Source: a virus
Length of the DNA: 64,000 bases
IMG/VR virus record: IMGVR_UViG_3300035180_001563
Location: 32,001 to 96,000 of that record
Reading direction: 5' to 3' (one strand)
Part shown: positions 1 to 10,112 of the stretch, piece by piece
Numbering within the stretch: the first letter of the stretch is position 1
Layout of the letters: the number at the start of each line of letters is the position of its first letter
Translations under genes and position numbers: made by a program
Notes under the pieces: model-generated
The model's database searches: none
Told to the model about the DNA's origin: nothing
Seen by the model: only the letters and a program-made list of their open reading frames with translations

Positions 1-1444
1 AATATTTTATTCTTTTTGTTAAGTGATCTTTTGAATATTTTAAGTTACCACAAATGTCTATTATATCTACACTGTCTTTATCTTTACCTTTACGAAGACC
101 ACGTCCTATAGTTTGTATTGTTCTGACAAATGACTTACCTCCATCAACATAACATAAATTGAAAATTCTGTCGATACTCAACCCAACGCCAGCAATTTGT
201 ACTGTTGCAATAACAATAAGGTCATCATTTGTTTCAAAAAGATCATATACACGTTGTCTAACCTCTTGTTTATCCTTTCCATACAGAAACGTTGAATTGG
301 GTATTAGTTTTGCAAGTCTTTTACCAACAATCACACTACTGACTAAACAAAGAACATTACCTTTTTGAGCAGATCCCTTTTCGACAATAAAGCTAGCAAT
401 CCAACTCCAGCGAAGTTTATCGCTGTTCAAAAATGCTATTTCATTATCGTATGTAATTTTTTCATCTGGGTCTTTAGTAGTTTCATTCTGCTCCATCAAC
501 TGTTCAATTCTGCGTTGGTCATCTAATTGAACAACAGTTATGTTTGGGATAGATAACCACCCACTACTTATCAATGTAGACGCAGCTATCGTATATCTCA
601 CTGGGCCTAAACTTAAGCGAACCATCAAAGAATCGACTTTATGGTCAGGTAATGTTCCTGTGAGACCGAAACGATGTACAATATGTTTTCCATATTCGTT
701 AATCAGACCTCCTATTACACTCGCTTTAGCTCCATGGCATTCATCAATGACAATCACATTAAATTTACTTATTAGCTGAGGATAGTTTTGGAGAGACTGC
801 CACGTCGAAATTATATGTATATGGTCAAGATCTTTATTATCACCACTATATTCCCCAACATCCAATCCAAGCAATTTGAATTCTCTGATTGTTTGACTAA
901 CAAGGGAAATGGAGGGAACAATAGTGATTGATTTCAGTCCATGTTTTCCGTAATTATCAACTAGAGCAGCATTTATACTCGTTTTACCTGCTCCAGTTCC
1001 TGCAATTATAATACCAAAACCGTGTTCAAATAATTGATTCAATGAGTCGACTTGATATGGTCGCACTTCCCACGGTTCATCTGTTTTCGGATTTATAATA
1101 TGAGAAAAGTATTCAGAATCAATCTGATCAACTTCGGTGAAATCGTTTAATCTCTTATCATTGATTTCAATTTTGTATCCAAATGATTTAATTTTTGGAA
1201 CTAATTCGTCCAATAAGTTGACATATGTATGTCCATCATCAGTAAAGAATTTTTTCTTCCCATCCCAAACTCCCAACTTGTATTTTGGCTGGAAAAAATA
1301 TCCTTTCACATGAAGCGCATATTCTTCAACGAAAAAATCTGAATGATCTTTGTGTAAACCGGATATTATACAATGAACTTCGTCTTGTAACGTAATTCTT
1401 ACTTTTTTAACAAACGTTTGTTCAACGAGACGCACAATATCCAT
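1..1444 (-). CDS. uvsW: UvsW-like SF2 DNA helicase (3' end runs off window)
   Basis: Not in ORF track. Read manually from ATG at 1444: MDIVRLVEQ...YFFQPKYKLGVWDGKK...AGTGAGKS...IVIDECH...GLTGT...IQTIGRGLRK. Start overlaps the upstream endonuclease stop (TGATG). Confidence 0.9.
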   Translation of the reverse strand, partial: MDIVRLVEQTFVKKVRITLQDEVHCIISGLHKDHSDFFVEEYALHVKGYFFQPKYKLGVWDGKKKFFTDDGHTYVNLLDELVPKIKSFGYKIEINDKRLNDFTEVDQIDSEYFSHIINPKTDEPWEVRPYQVDSLNQLFEHGFGIIIAGTGAGKTSINAALVDNYGKHGLKSITIVPSISLVSQTIREFKLLGLDVGEYSGDNKDLDHIHIISTWQSLQNYPQLISKFNVIVIDECHGAKASVIGGLINEYGKHIVHRFGLTGTLPDHKVDSLMVRLSLGPVRYTIAASTLISSGWLSIPNITVVQLDDQRRIEQLMEQNETTKDPDEKITYDNEIAFLNSDKLRWSWIASFIVEKGSAQKGNVLCLVSSVIVGKRLAKLIPNSTFLYGKDKQEVRQRVYDLFETNDDLIVIATVQIAGVGLSIDRIFNLCYVDGGKSFVRTIQTIGRGLRKGKDKDSVDIIDICGNLKYSKDHLTKRIKY

Positions 1445-2913
1445 CAATGTTCCACCTCAAGAATCCACACCATATTTCCACAATCCCAGATTCTATCATA
1501 ATTATTATTTTTCATATTTTCCCACTCTGTTGCATTTTCATCAACAAACTCGAGAATATTTTTTAATTTATGTTTTTGAAATTTTTGTCTTGAGTATAAC
1601 ACTAGAGCATTGTTACACTTAAAATATTTGTAATTTGGTGATGAATCATGTGTATGTTTAAAACCTAATTGTTTGTAAAGATTTCCGGCTGACCAACGCT
1701 TGTCAGCATATGATATTATAGAGCGGGGGTTATATTTTTTGATAAACACATTTAATAATTTACCTGCTCCTCCAACAACACTTGTGTTTAGTTTGGATGA
1801 AAACCGTAGTAGCTCATAAGATATATTTGAATTAAATCTTGAGCGACAAAAAGACATAGCAGATACTAGTTCATCATCAACATATAACCCATATGTTACT
1901 AGAGCACGTCCGTTTCCCTGTAAATGAGTTTCATTAAAAAACATTTTACTATTATAATGATCAAGCTCCAACACTTTACAATTTCGGGCATATATTTTTG
2001 CAGTTTGTGACTTGAACAATTGTTTTATTCTTGACTGCACGATTTGTTTATTATACAACCACTCACTTTCGAGTATTTGTATCAAAGTAAATCCTGCTCG
2101 TTCACACAACAACCGTTTGTGCTCATGGTATGATTTATTTTTTCCTCCAAATTGTTCACTGTGCCAAATATTTCCATTGTACTCTATACACAGGTTATGT
2201 GAGTATGATACAATATCTATCTCGTATGGGTGAATTAAATTACGGACATTCGTCTTTATAGTGGGATCTAATTCTCTCACAAAGTCAGCAATTTCTTGTT
2301 CTTGAAGTGAGGTTTTAAAATGTTTTGTTGGTATACCATACTTCTGAAATCTTGCCCAAACTGTACTAACTGAAACTCCCAATTCAGATGCAATCTCAGT
2401 CAACGTTAAATTATTGTCCCGATTTTGTGTTTCTAACCAACTCCTGGTATCTAGTAAATTCAAACTATCTGCACAAATATTTTGTTGCTTTGGGTGTATT
2501 TGTGCTTTAGTACGTTCAACATAACATGAAGGACAACCCGATTTACACATTATATGATTTTTTAGGGAAGTGTTAAACGTTCCATGAGTGGGACATATAA
2601 TATCTACGTTATCTTTAGTATAACGAACATCATCGTTTATCATAGAATAGTCATAAGTACCAACGCCGTGTATTGATTCAGCTTGCGCAATTAAATCTAA
2701 TACATTTCGTTTTCTATTATAAAAAGAACACTTAGGACACCCTTCTCCGTTTAAGTGAGAAAACACTCGCTTTTCGAAAAATCCATGCTTTGGACACAAA
2801 ATTCGTACTCTTGATAACACACCATTATCAACAACACTATAATCATAGTTATACGTATGATTATAGCGAATTTCGGCTTTTGTAATAAATTCTTCAGTTG
2901 TTATTTTTTTCAT
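1444..2913 (-). CDS. Free-standing Hef-like endonuclease: zinc-ribbon repeats, HTH, Vsr/DUF559-like nuclease, C-terminal GNAT-like domain
   Basis: CPKHG/CPTHG..GCPxC repeats; LTEIASELGVS HTH; EIDI...IEYNGNIWHSE nuclease motif; ISYADKRWS...RIWDCG tail. Confidence 0.8.
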   Translation of the reverse strand: MKKITTEEFITKAEIRYNHTYNYDYSVVDNGVLSRVRILCPKHGFFEKRVFSHLNGEGCPKCSFYNRKRNVLDLIAQAESIHGVGTYDYSMINDDVRYTKDNVDIICPTHGTFNTSLKNHIMCKSGCPSCYVERTKAQIHPKQQNICADSLNLLDTRSWLETQNRDNNLTLTEIASELGVSVSTVWARFQKYGIPTKHFKTSLQEQEIADFVRELDPTIKTNVRNLIHPYEIDIVSYSHNLCIEYNGNIWHSEQFGGKNKSYHEHKRLLCERAGFTLIQILESEWLYNKQIVQSRIKQLFKSQTAKIYARNCKVLELDHYNSKMFFNETHLQGNGRALVTYGLYVDDELVSAMSFCRSRFNSNISYELLRFSSKLNTSVVGGAGKLLNVFIKKYNPRSIISYADKRWSAGNLYKQLGFKHTHDSSPNYKYFKCNNALVLYSRQKFQKHKLKNILEFVDENATEWENMKNNNYDRIWDCGNMVWILEVEH

Positions 2914-3378
2914 TTAATTAATAAAATAATCAGATGCCTCTGAAGTTACTAATCTCGTTATATTATTTAGCGAATATCCTCTTGCTTTAAAAGCGTCAAC
3001 AACTGAGACATATTGATCATACATATCTTTCAATTCCAAGTACAATTCGTACACACTTAAATATGATGGCTCGTGGTTGATGTATTGTTCTTTGTCTTTA
3101 GATTGAAGTTCTCTTGAATAATTTTCTGTATAATCTTTCCACAATTTACCTCTTGTTCGGTGAACCTGAGCTTCCACATAGTCAAGAGCAGATTTTAATT
3201 CTGCCCTACGAGAATCATAAAACACCAACCACCCAGGTTGTTCGTTGTTAGCTACAACAAGTTGCTTTCCTTTGAGGCGAAGATGATCCTCAAATCCAGC
3301 TAGATCGTTCTCGTAAACTTCTAATACTTTAACAACATTTGTGATGTTTTCATGTAGTAATTCTAGAGGTCTATTCAT
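2914..3378 (-). CDS. uvsY: UvsY-like recombination mediator
   Basis: Helical 154 aa with YTENYSREL..DKEQYI and F..RGYSLNNITRL motifs; lies in the uvsW/uvsX block. Confidence 0.75.
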   Translation of the reverse strand: MNRPLELLHENITNVVKVLEVYENDLAGFEDHLRLKGKQLVVANNEQPGWLVFYDSRRAELKSALDYVEAQVHRTRGKLWKDYTENYSRELQSKDKEQYINHEPSYLSVYELYLELKDMYDQYVSVVDAFKARGYSLNNITRLVTSEASDYFIN

Positions 3379-3379
3379 T

Positions 3380-3862
3380 TTAGTGTAGAGTTCGTTTTAT
3401 TTTTATTGTTGCACGATTATCCTTGATATCATCATCTGGATCAACATCACCGTCGTCATCTTCAATATCTGTGATATTATATCGTTGCAACAAACCACTT
3501 ACCCTTTCAAACAATTCAACTTCCCTAGCCACTCGACTTGAATCTCGTTGTTTAAAAAATTCAAGTATCTTCTCTTTAGATTGTTGTTTTATAACTTCGA
3601 TTGGAATCCCTACAGTCAAGACGCGGTGTTTTTTATCTTGTTGTAATGATGGCATCTTTGCTACAATTACGAGCAGTTCGTTAGATAAATCAATACTTTC
3701 CCACTCCATTTCATGCGCATTCTGTTCGAGGTATTCAATAATCGCCTCAAACACAAAGTCAATTTTCTTTGCAATTCCACTGGTTGCTCGTTGGTGTACA
3801 AAATTACGTTTGTTTATAGCATCTACAATCTCTGTAACAAATTCATCTGTTAATGCCGACAT
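3380..3862 (-). CDS. Hypothetical protein
   Basis: AGGAG RBS, ATAAATA promoter at 3883-3889, abuts uvsY. Confidence 0.6.
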   Translation of the reverse strand: MSALTDEFVTEIVDAINKRNFVHQRATSGIAKKIDFVFEAIIEYLEQNAHEMEWESIDLSNELLVIVAKMPSLQQDKKHRVLTVGIPIEVIKQQSKEKILEFFKQRDSSRVAREVELFERVSGLLQRYNITDIEDDDGDVDPDDDIKDNRATIKIKRTLH

Positions 3863-3927
3863 CAGAAACTCCTATTTTTGGATATTTATTCCAAAATAGG
3901 AGTGTGTCCAAATACAGGTGCATTTTA

Positions 3928-4989
3928 TTACCAAACCGTGTCTTGTATCTGCATTATTGTGTTAGCAACATACGTCACATTTACTTGACTTGGAAGATGT
4001 GTTTTTTTAACTGCTTCGTTAACTTCATTATTCATATGATCTGCATATTCGATGATTTGTTCATATGACCAAGCTCCATTACGAATCGACAATAACTCTT
4101 GAGCATCTGGTCTCTTAACTTTAATAACACCTTCTGTTAAAGCTTCATATCCCATTCGCAGTAGCCGAACCAAGTGCATTGCATGTTTTGTATCATAACC
4201 AAATTGTTCTTCAAGGGAAGAACGAGCAACATTTCGGTTCTGTTTCCATGTCCAATAATTTTTCCAATTTGTGTGTGCTTCTTCAAATTGTTTAGAATTA
4301 ATTTTAACAATCAATTCTGGAGTTTTTCCTTTTCTTGTTACAGTTTTTAACACAAAACTTGACATATTATCAAAATAAACCTTTTCATGGACAATTGGGT
4401 TACCGTTCTTATCCTTCCAACACGAACCTTTTTCGCTAAACAAAGCATATAAATTATCACCTAAACTCAATGCAGAATATCCATTAAATGGAACGGTTTT
4501 ATTCCATTCCAAATTACTGGTGAAGTTATAAACAATACTAACATGATCAAGCTGTTGTGGAGCTTGAACTGGTTGTGGATTATTGACCCATTTGTTGTGA
4601 CCTTTAATACGTTTTAACTGAGAAAATCCATATCCGGTTGTAGAGAACGCAATTTTTTTCGTTAACAAGTTTCCCCGAGCTTGACGAAGAATTTCATATC
4701 CTGGGGAAGAAAAAATCAAATCTTGTCCAGCTGTCCATAACAATTCTACCACATTTGGATTTTGTTCAACAGCCAACTTCATGAATTTATTCAATTCAAA
4801 AAATTTAATATCCCCATCAGGAAGCTCTATTTCTTCAACGTCAAAAAACGGAGTACGGATGCTAATTTGATCAGCAACAAATATTCCACGGATGTCTACA
4901 TCTGATGTTGGAAGATTCGTTCCATATGCTCTTGAGCCTGCATACATCTCTACAACTTTGTTCCGATCTAAAACTTTTTTCATATCCAT
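3928..4989 (-). CDS. Nucleotidyltransferase, T4 NrdC.11-like family
   Basis: AGSRAYGTNLPTSDVDIRG, NPNVVELLW and YDTKHAMHLVRLL motifs. Confidence 0.8.
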   Translation of the reverse strand: MDMKKVLDRNKVVEMYAGSRAYGTNLPTSDVDIRGIFVADQISIRTPFFDVEEIELPDGDIKFFELNKFMKLAVEQNPNVVELLWTAGQDLIFSSPGYEILRQARGNLLTKKIAFSTTGYGFSQLKRIKGHNKWVNNPQPVQAPQQLDHVSIVYNFTSNLEWNKTVPFNGYSALSLGDNLYALFSEKGSCWKDKNGNPIVHEKVYFDNMSSFVLKTVTRKGKTPELIVKINSKQFEEAHTNWKNYWTWKQNRNVARSSLEEQFGYDTKHAMHLVRLLRMGYEALTEGVIKVKRPDAQELLSIRNGAWSYEQIIEYADHMNNEVNEAVKKTHLPSQVNVTYVANTIMQIQDTVW

Positions 4990-5038
4990 TTTTAGTTTCC
5001 AAATTAATTAAGTTGAAGAAATAAAGTAAATCATTTAC

Positions 5039-5299
5039 TCAACTATGTCTACGATTTACTACACCATGCTGTTCTAAACACGCAAACCCTGTTGCAACGA
5101 CCTGAAGAATTTCAAGTAGAGCATCACTATCACCATTTTTCATCCAAGCATCTTCAGCTTCAATCAACTCCTTTTTCATAATCAATAACCAGTTTGGAAT
5201 TGTGTGAATTTTTTGTTCAATAGTCCCCCACTTCAAATCTTGATATGTGCGTTCTGCTATAATAGCGTTTATCACATCTGTTCTAGGCACATTGTTCAT
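5039..5299 (-). CDS. Small MazG-like nucleotide pyrophosphohydrolase-fold protein
   Basis: ERTYQDLKWG...WLLIMKKELIEA...EILQVVAT pattern. Confidence 0.55.
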   Translation of the reverse strand: MNNVPRTDVINAIIAERTYQDLKWGTIEQKIHTIPNWLLIMKKELIEAEDAWMKNGDSDALLEILQVVATGFACLEQHGVVNRRHS

Positions 5300-6993
5300 G
5301 TTATGGTCTCCATTAAATTTGATTTTATGAATCGTATTTTACCACAATCCCATATCCGAATACAACCATTAATATCACAATTAACTCTTTCACTCAGTAG
5401 TGGATCAAAATTCTGAAGTTTTTTAGATAAAAACTTCCTTCTGTAATTAAATTTATGAACTCGTTTATTGTTTTCAATATAATAATAATCTGGTTTTAAT
5501 AATTTATTAAATACAAACCCGTTATTAACGTATAACTCTCCAACACTCCATCGACAATCTGCAAATGTAATTATTTGTTTCCATGTATGATTGTTACAAA
5601 AATGAGAAATTAATTTAGAAAACCCACCAGGAACGATTGTTGATGTTGCATATCGATTTAACACGAATGTGCCATTGGACTGTTTGATGAATGTTATTGC
5701 TGCTACGATGCTCTCTTTATATTTTAATCCATAACTAATCGAACCAGGACCATCTCCCTGAATGTGATATTTTTCAAAAAACTCACGTTTTTGGTAATAT
5801 TCAAGTGGCACAATAATGGTTTTTCTAGCAAATATTGAGTTCTGATGATCTTCTTGAATAATATGAAGAATTTTTTGTTTTATTATATCTGTTTGATAAA
5901 TCCACTCATCTGAAAATATTGTCAATAACCTAATCTTGTGTTCGGTACACCGATCCAATTTTTCTTTATGAAAGTTTGGTGTTTTAAATTTGTCACTGTG
6001 CCAATATAACCCGTTATATTCAATTGCGACATTATAGTCCGGAAGAAATATATCAAGTTCGTGTGGTGCAATAATTTGCCTATTACCAGTCACAAATTTG
6101 ATATTATGTTCAGCTAAAAAATCTGTTATTTGACTCTCTTGATAACTATGAGCATAATAGCGCACATCAATAGAAAATTTTAACATTCTTGTTGATATTA
6201 ATTTTTCATCCTTTAAACCTAATTCTGTAGCAATTTGTTGAAGTGGTTTTCTAAGTGTGTGATGTTGATTTATCAACCATTCTTTATTTGTTAATTTTTC
6301 CAATACATCACTAGAAAAATTGTCATATCTATGTTCCTGTTGTTTATGTTTTACATAATCCAGCTTTGACGTAGATGTAACACCATACTTATACATAATT
6401 GTATCATGTGCTACTTGTTGTACAGCTTTACTTTGAAGGGGAAAATCAACTCCGTATAATCTTTGATTAGTTGATTGGCGTTGATATTTGCCACTATCTG
6501 ACTGTTGATGATATTCTGTTCCGTATAAGTTCATGTTTGTTTCACGGGCTTTGGCTTTTACTATTTCATTTTGGGTTGGATACTCTACTCCATACTTAAT
6601 TAAACACGTTTTCTTATACTTGGCCTTAACTGTATCAGTTGTTCTTGGGTGACCCCCATACCTCGTGTTATTTGTGTCTGATATTTGTTGTTTTTTATCA
6701 GGTGAGTTGTTACTACAATACGTACTACAGTATTGTCTGTATCCAGTTGTATTATTGAATTTAACTATATTATTACCACACACCAAACACACTGGGTGTT
6801 TGGTGATATTATGCATTATGCAATACAGTCGTTCTGATAAAGAGGTCGCAAGTGAACCTTGTGTAAATGAGTATATCGCCTGTCGTAAATCTGGGAGGTT
6901 TTCAAGTATTTTACGTCCAGATGAATTTACTCTACCAGACTTCAATATAATGTTGAAGAGTTTTAATTGGGCGATCAACTCTTCTCGTGACAT
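5296..6993 (-). CDS. Free-standing Hef-like endonuclease with C-terminal GNAT-like domain
   Basis: CLVC..YCSTYC zinc site, (K/R)YGxx repeats, HTH, ELDIFLPDYNVAIEYNGLYWHSD, FADCRWS...RIWDCG. Confidence 0.8.
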   Translation of the reverse strand: MSREELIAQLKLFNIILKSGRVNSSGRKILENLPDLRQAIYSFTQGSLATSLSERLYCIMHNITKHPVCLVCGNNIVKFNNTTGYRQYCSTYCSNNSPDKKQQISDTNNTRYGGHPRTTDTVKAKYKKTCLIKYGVEYPTQNEIVKAKARETNMNLYGTEYHQQSDSGKYQRQSTNQRLYGVDFPLQSKAVQQVAHDTIMYKYGVTSTSKLDYVKHKQQEHRYDNFSSDVLEKLTNKEWLINQHHTLRKPLQQIATELGLKDEKLISTRMLKFSIDVRYYAHSYQESQITDFLAEHNIKFVTGNRQIIAPHELDIFLPDYNVAIEYNGLYWHSDKFKTPNFHKEKLDRCTEHKIRLLTIFSDEWIYQTDIIKQKILHIIQEDHQNSIFARKTIIVPLEYYQKREFFEKYHIQGDGPGSISYGLKYKESIVAAITFIKQSNGTFVLNRYATSTIVPGGFSKLISHFCNNHTWKQIITFADCRWSVGELYVNNGFVFNKLLKPDYYYIENNKRVHKFNYRRKFLSKKLQNFDPLLSERVNCDINGCIRIWDCGKIRFIKSNLMETIT

Positions 6994-8084
6994 TACTCTT
7001 CTTCAGCCTTTTTAAGGCGTTTTTTCTTAGAAGATTCTCCAGATGACATATCCACAACTTCATTGTCTCCAAGTTTCACTTGCAGAAATGCATCTGTTAA
7101 TGTTTCACATTGTGCCAAAATATCAGGTGCAAATTGATTGAAATTTTTGGATTGAAATTTTTCTTCTCCGAATTTATACCAAGACCCGTTCTGTTCTACT
7201 ACTCCCAACCCAACAGCAGCCTCTAACAAGCCATTATATGAATCCATACCAGTTTCATATGGGACCTCAATAGTAACACTCATAAATGGTCTACAAAATC
7301 TTGTTTTATACCCTTCACATTTCATACGTATGCCTTGGACATCACTAGGAGTGTCTCCTCGTAACTTTAACTTTGTCAGTAGTGTAATTTGGGACAGAGA
7401 ATATTTTACTGCATCATTTACAATCCATACTCCCTCACCGTTCATCACATCTTGATTCTTATATACTTGGTGTGTTACAATCATACTAATATTTTGATGT
7501 TTAATGGCATGCACGAATTGTCTCAAGACAGACTTCATCTGTTTGCTTCGTTGTCCTTGGTCGCCCTTGAGAACACCTTTATCAAAGTTTTCTTCTTCAG
7601 TTTCGGTCATGAGCATATCTAAACTATCTATAACAATCACTACTTTTGGTGCATTAGGATCTCCGATTCCATACTCTTTCTCATATGATTTAAGAAACGA
7701 CGACACATATTTTTGAGCTTGTGGAATAGTATCCAAATCTGCATGAATAAACATATCTTCACTAACGTCTACACCAATCTTGGAAGCAAACACTGCATCG
7801 AGTGCGTGTTCACTGTCTCCAACGACTGCAAATATTCCCTCTTTTTGTGCTTCTCTTATACAATTACAGGTAATAAACGTTTTTCCTGAGCCTGATGGGC
7901 CAGCGAAACAAACTATACGACCTTGGGGAATTCCCTTCAAAAAACTACCCGAAATAGTTTTATTTAAAGCGTAATTTCCAGTGGAGAACCAGTATCGAGG
8001 TGGCTCAGCAGCACCTATATCAATTCCTACTTTATCCATATCTTTAACAAAACCTTTAACAAACTCTGTTTTAAACTTTACCAT
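6993..8084 (-). CDS. uvsX: UvsX/RecA-like recombinase
   Basis: STGNYALN, Walker A AGPSGSGKT, DSEHALD, IVIDSL, GSWYKF. Confidence 0.92.
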   Translation of the reverse strand: MVKFKTEFVKGFVKDMDKVGIDIGAAEPPRYWFSTGNYALNKTISGSFLKGIPQGRIVCFAGPSGSGKTFITCNCIREAQKEGIFAVVGDSEHALDAVFASKIGVDVSEDMFIHADLDTIPQAQKYVSSFLKSYEKEYGIGDPNAPKVVIVIDSLDMLMTETEEENFDKGVLKGDQGQRSKQMKSVLRQFVHAIKHQNISMIVTHQVYKNQDVMNGEGVWIVNDAVKYSLSQITLLTKLKLRGDTPSDVQGIRMKCEGYKTRFCRPFMSVTIEVPYETGMDSYNGLLEAAVGLGVVEQNGSWYKFGEEKFQSKNFNQFAPDILAQCETLTDAFLQVKLGDNEVVDMSSGESSKKKRLKKAEEE

Positions 8085-8991
8085 TTTTCATCTCCTGTTT
8101 TATTTTAGACCATTCACTACCCCAAATGGTGACTAAATTGTATCCATACTGTTTAATAAGTTGTTCTCTCAGCTGAGTCTCATTCCATAGTTGTTCAGCA
8201 GTTTTTGATAAAAACGAAAACGGAACATCTGCTGGATTTAACACATCTAAGTTTCCATGCCACATATCCCCATAAAATTCATACACTGTGTTAGTTTCTG
8301 GAATAAACCCATCAAAAAACACATGTTTCTTTCCCAATTGCTTATGTACTTGTCTTGTCTCTGGTTTGTCAGGGACTCCAACATAGTCTAACCACTCTTG
8401 TTCACTTTTGGATGCTACTCTGCTGCATTTTCTGCATCCACACCTAGCATTTATATGAGTATCAGGAACTTGACTGAATACTCCATGTTTTTTACATATT
8501 ATATTAACAGGAGTTTTACTATTGATATACTCTACTAAAGAATAATCATACATATCACCATGTGTGTTAATCGCTTTTTGAATAAATATGTCCTTTCCAC
8601 TTTTGTTATAAGTTTTACAATTAGGACACCCTACACCATATAAATGGTCATTGGGTTTTCTTAGAAAGTGCCCATGTTGTGGACATATTATCTGAACTTT
8701 TTGTTTATTGTGAATATACTCAACTAAAGAATAATCATATTTGTTATCATATAATAAATTGCATCTATCAATAAATGTTTGTGTAGATAACCGTTGATTA
8801 TCAGCCTTACAGTATTTGCAACCATATCCAGCTAAATGTTGATATGGCTTTTGTAAAAAAGGTCCATGTTTTCTACAAATAATAGTAACTGGTATATGAG
8901 AATTTTTATAGTTAACTAACGAATAATCGAACAACCCACCATGAATTATGTGGGCTTGTTCGATAAACACCTTTTCCGTTTTTTGTTGCAC
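8071..8991 (-). CDS. Free-standing endonuclease: three zinc-ribbon repeats plus Vsr-like nuclease
   Basis: 3x YDYSLV..IICxxHGxFxxxP..H..GCxxC; FDGFIPETNTVYEFYGDMWHG. GTG start is uncertain. Confidence 0.75.
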   Translation of the reverse strand: MQQKTEKVFIEQAHIIHGGLFDYSLVNYKNSHIPVTIICRKHGPFLQKPYQHLAGYGCKYCKADNQRLSTQTFIDRCNLLYDNKYDYSLVEYIHNKQKVQIICPQHGHFLRKPNDHLYGVGCPNCKTYNKSGKDIFIQKAINTHGDMYDYSLVEYINSKTPVNIICKKHGVFSQVPDTHINARCGCRKCSRVASKSEQEWLDYVGVPDKPETRQVHKQLGKKHVFFDGFIPETNTVYEFYGDMWHGNLDVLNPADVPFSFLSKTAEQLWNETQLREQLIKQYGYNLVTIWGSEWSKIKQEMKNGKV

Positions 8992-9005
8992 GTGTTTATA
9001 AAGTA

Positions 9006-9950
9006 TTATTCACTATCTACCTTATTTGCCTTACGACGAGCACGAAGTCTTGCTAAAATTGCTTCCGGATCGTCATCATCACCATCAGAAGATGAGTCAG
9101 CAGGAGTAGATTCTACTTTATCTACTTTAGTTGTGGTTGGTTTCTTAGTAGATTTTTCAACGACATCCTTGATAGATGACACTTTAGTGACAGGTGTATC
9201 ATCAACATTTTCGGTGTTATCAGATCCCGAATTATCAGAGTTATATTCTTCCCCAGTCATTGCAGCTTTAAGCATTGCTTCAACTTTGTCTAAGCCTGGG
9301 TTCTTGGGAAGTAACGTAGATAAGTTGATAAGAGACGCTTCAACATGAGATACAGTTTCATCGTCAAGATCACTTGCACGTTTAGCGAATGAACTGCGTG
9401 AATAATCCGCATAGTCGCCACTTTGACGCTTTTTAATCATGAAGTTTGTTCCACCTTCATACAAATATGGGATTTCTTCCAAATCACCACTTTCAAAAGC
9501 GTCCTTAATTGCATCATAAATCTTACTACCTAACGCTAGATAACGAATTTTACCTTGGTGAGTTTCACCTGTTTCTTTATCCGCAGGTAGAGGATCTTCG
9601 ATTATCAATGCTTGAGCAATGTATTGCTTCTTACGCCAATATTTCTTACCGTTTGTTTTATCATCTTTCTTGTAAAAGGCAGCTGATACCTTACAAATTG
9701 GACAATCTTCACCATACATCTTAAGACATGGTACTGATTTATTTTCCCCATTAATACTTAAAGTATGCATTAATTTTTCAACTAAGAACCCCATTGGGTT
9801 TTCTTCATTTGCGTCAGGTAAAAAACGTACAGTTGATTGTTCTCCTACTTCCATATTCCAAAATGGGTAATAATTATTTTGTCCACCTTCGGTTGCGGTT
9901 TCGGATTTCTTGAATTGACTCTTGAGGTCATTTAATGAGAGTTTAGCCAT
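9006..9950 (-). CDS. gp32: Single-stranded DNA-binding protein, T4 gp32-like
   Basis: VRFLPD, CLKMYGEDCPIC, YWRKKQY, YADYSRSSF, acidic tail. Start moved to ATG 9950, which follows AGGAGA. Confidence 0.88.
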   Translation of the reverse strand: MAKLSLNDLKSQFKKSETATEGGQNNYYPFWNMEVGEQSTVRFLPDANEENPMGFLVEKLMHTLSINGENKSVPCLKMYGEDCPICKVSAAFYKKDDKTNGKKYWRKKQYIAQALIIEDPLPADKETGETHQGKIRYLALGSKIYDAIKDAFESGDLEEIPYLYEGGTNFMIKKRQSGDYADYSRSSFAKRASDLDDETVSHVEASLINLSTLLPKNPGLDKVEAMLKAAMTGEEYNSDNSGSDNTENVDDTPVTKVSSIKDVVEKSTKKPTTTKVDKVESTPADSSSDGDDDDPEAILARLRARRKANKVDSE

Positions 9951-10000
9951 TATTATTCTCCTTTTCACTTTTCTCGTGTTGTGATTGAATTCACTTTTAA

Positions 10001-10029
10001 ATAATACATTTTTTTCGCTTAGAGATCAA
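10001..10029 (-). promoter_or_regulatory. Sigma70-type promoter upstream of gp32
   Basis: TTGATC-N17-TATTAT on the minus strand; a late motif also lies at 10070-10076. Confidence 0.5.
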
Positions 10030-10112
10030 GGGTTATGATCACGGTTGTAGAAAATGATTTCTACACATGTATTTATGTTAGTTATGAAAAACGTTACAAC
10101 AAAGTAATAGGG

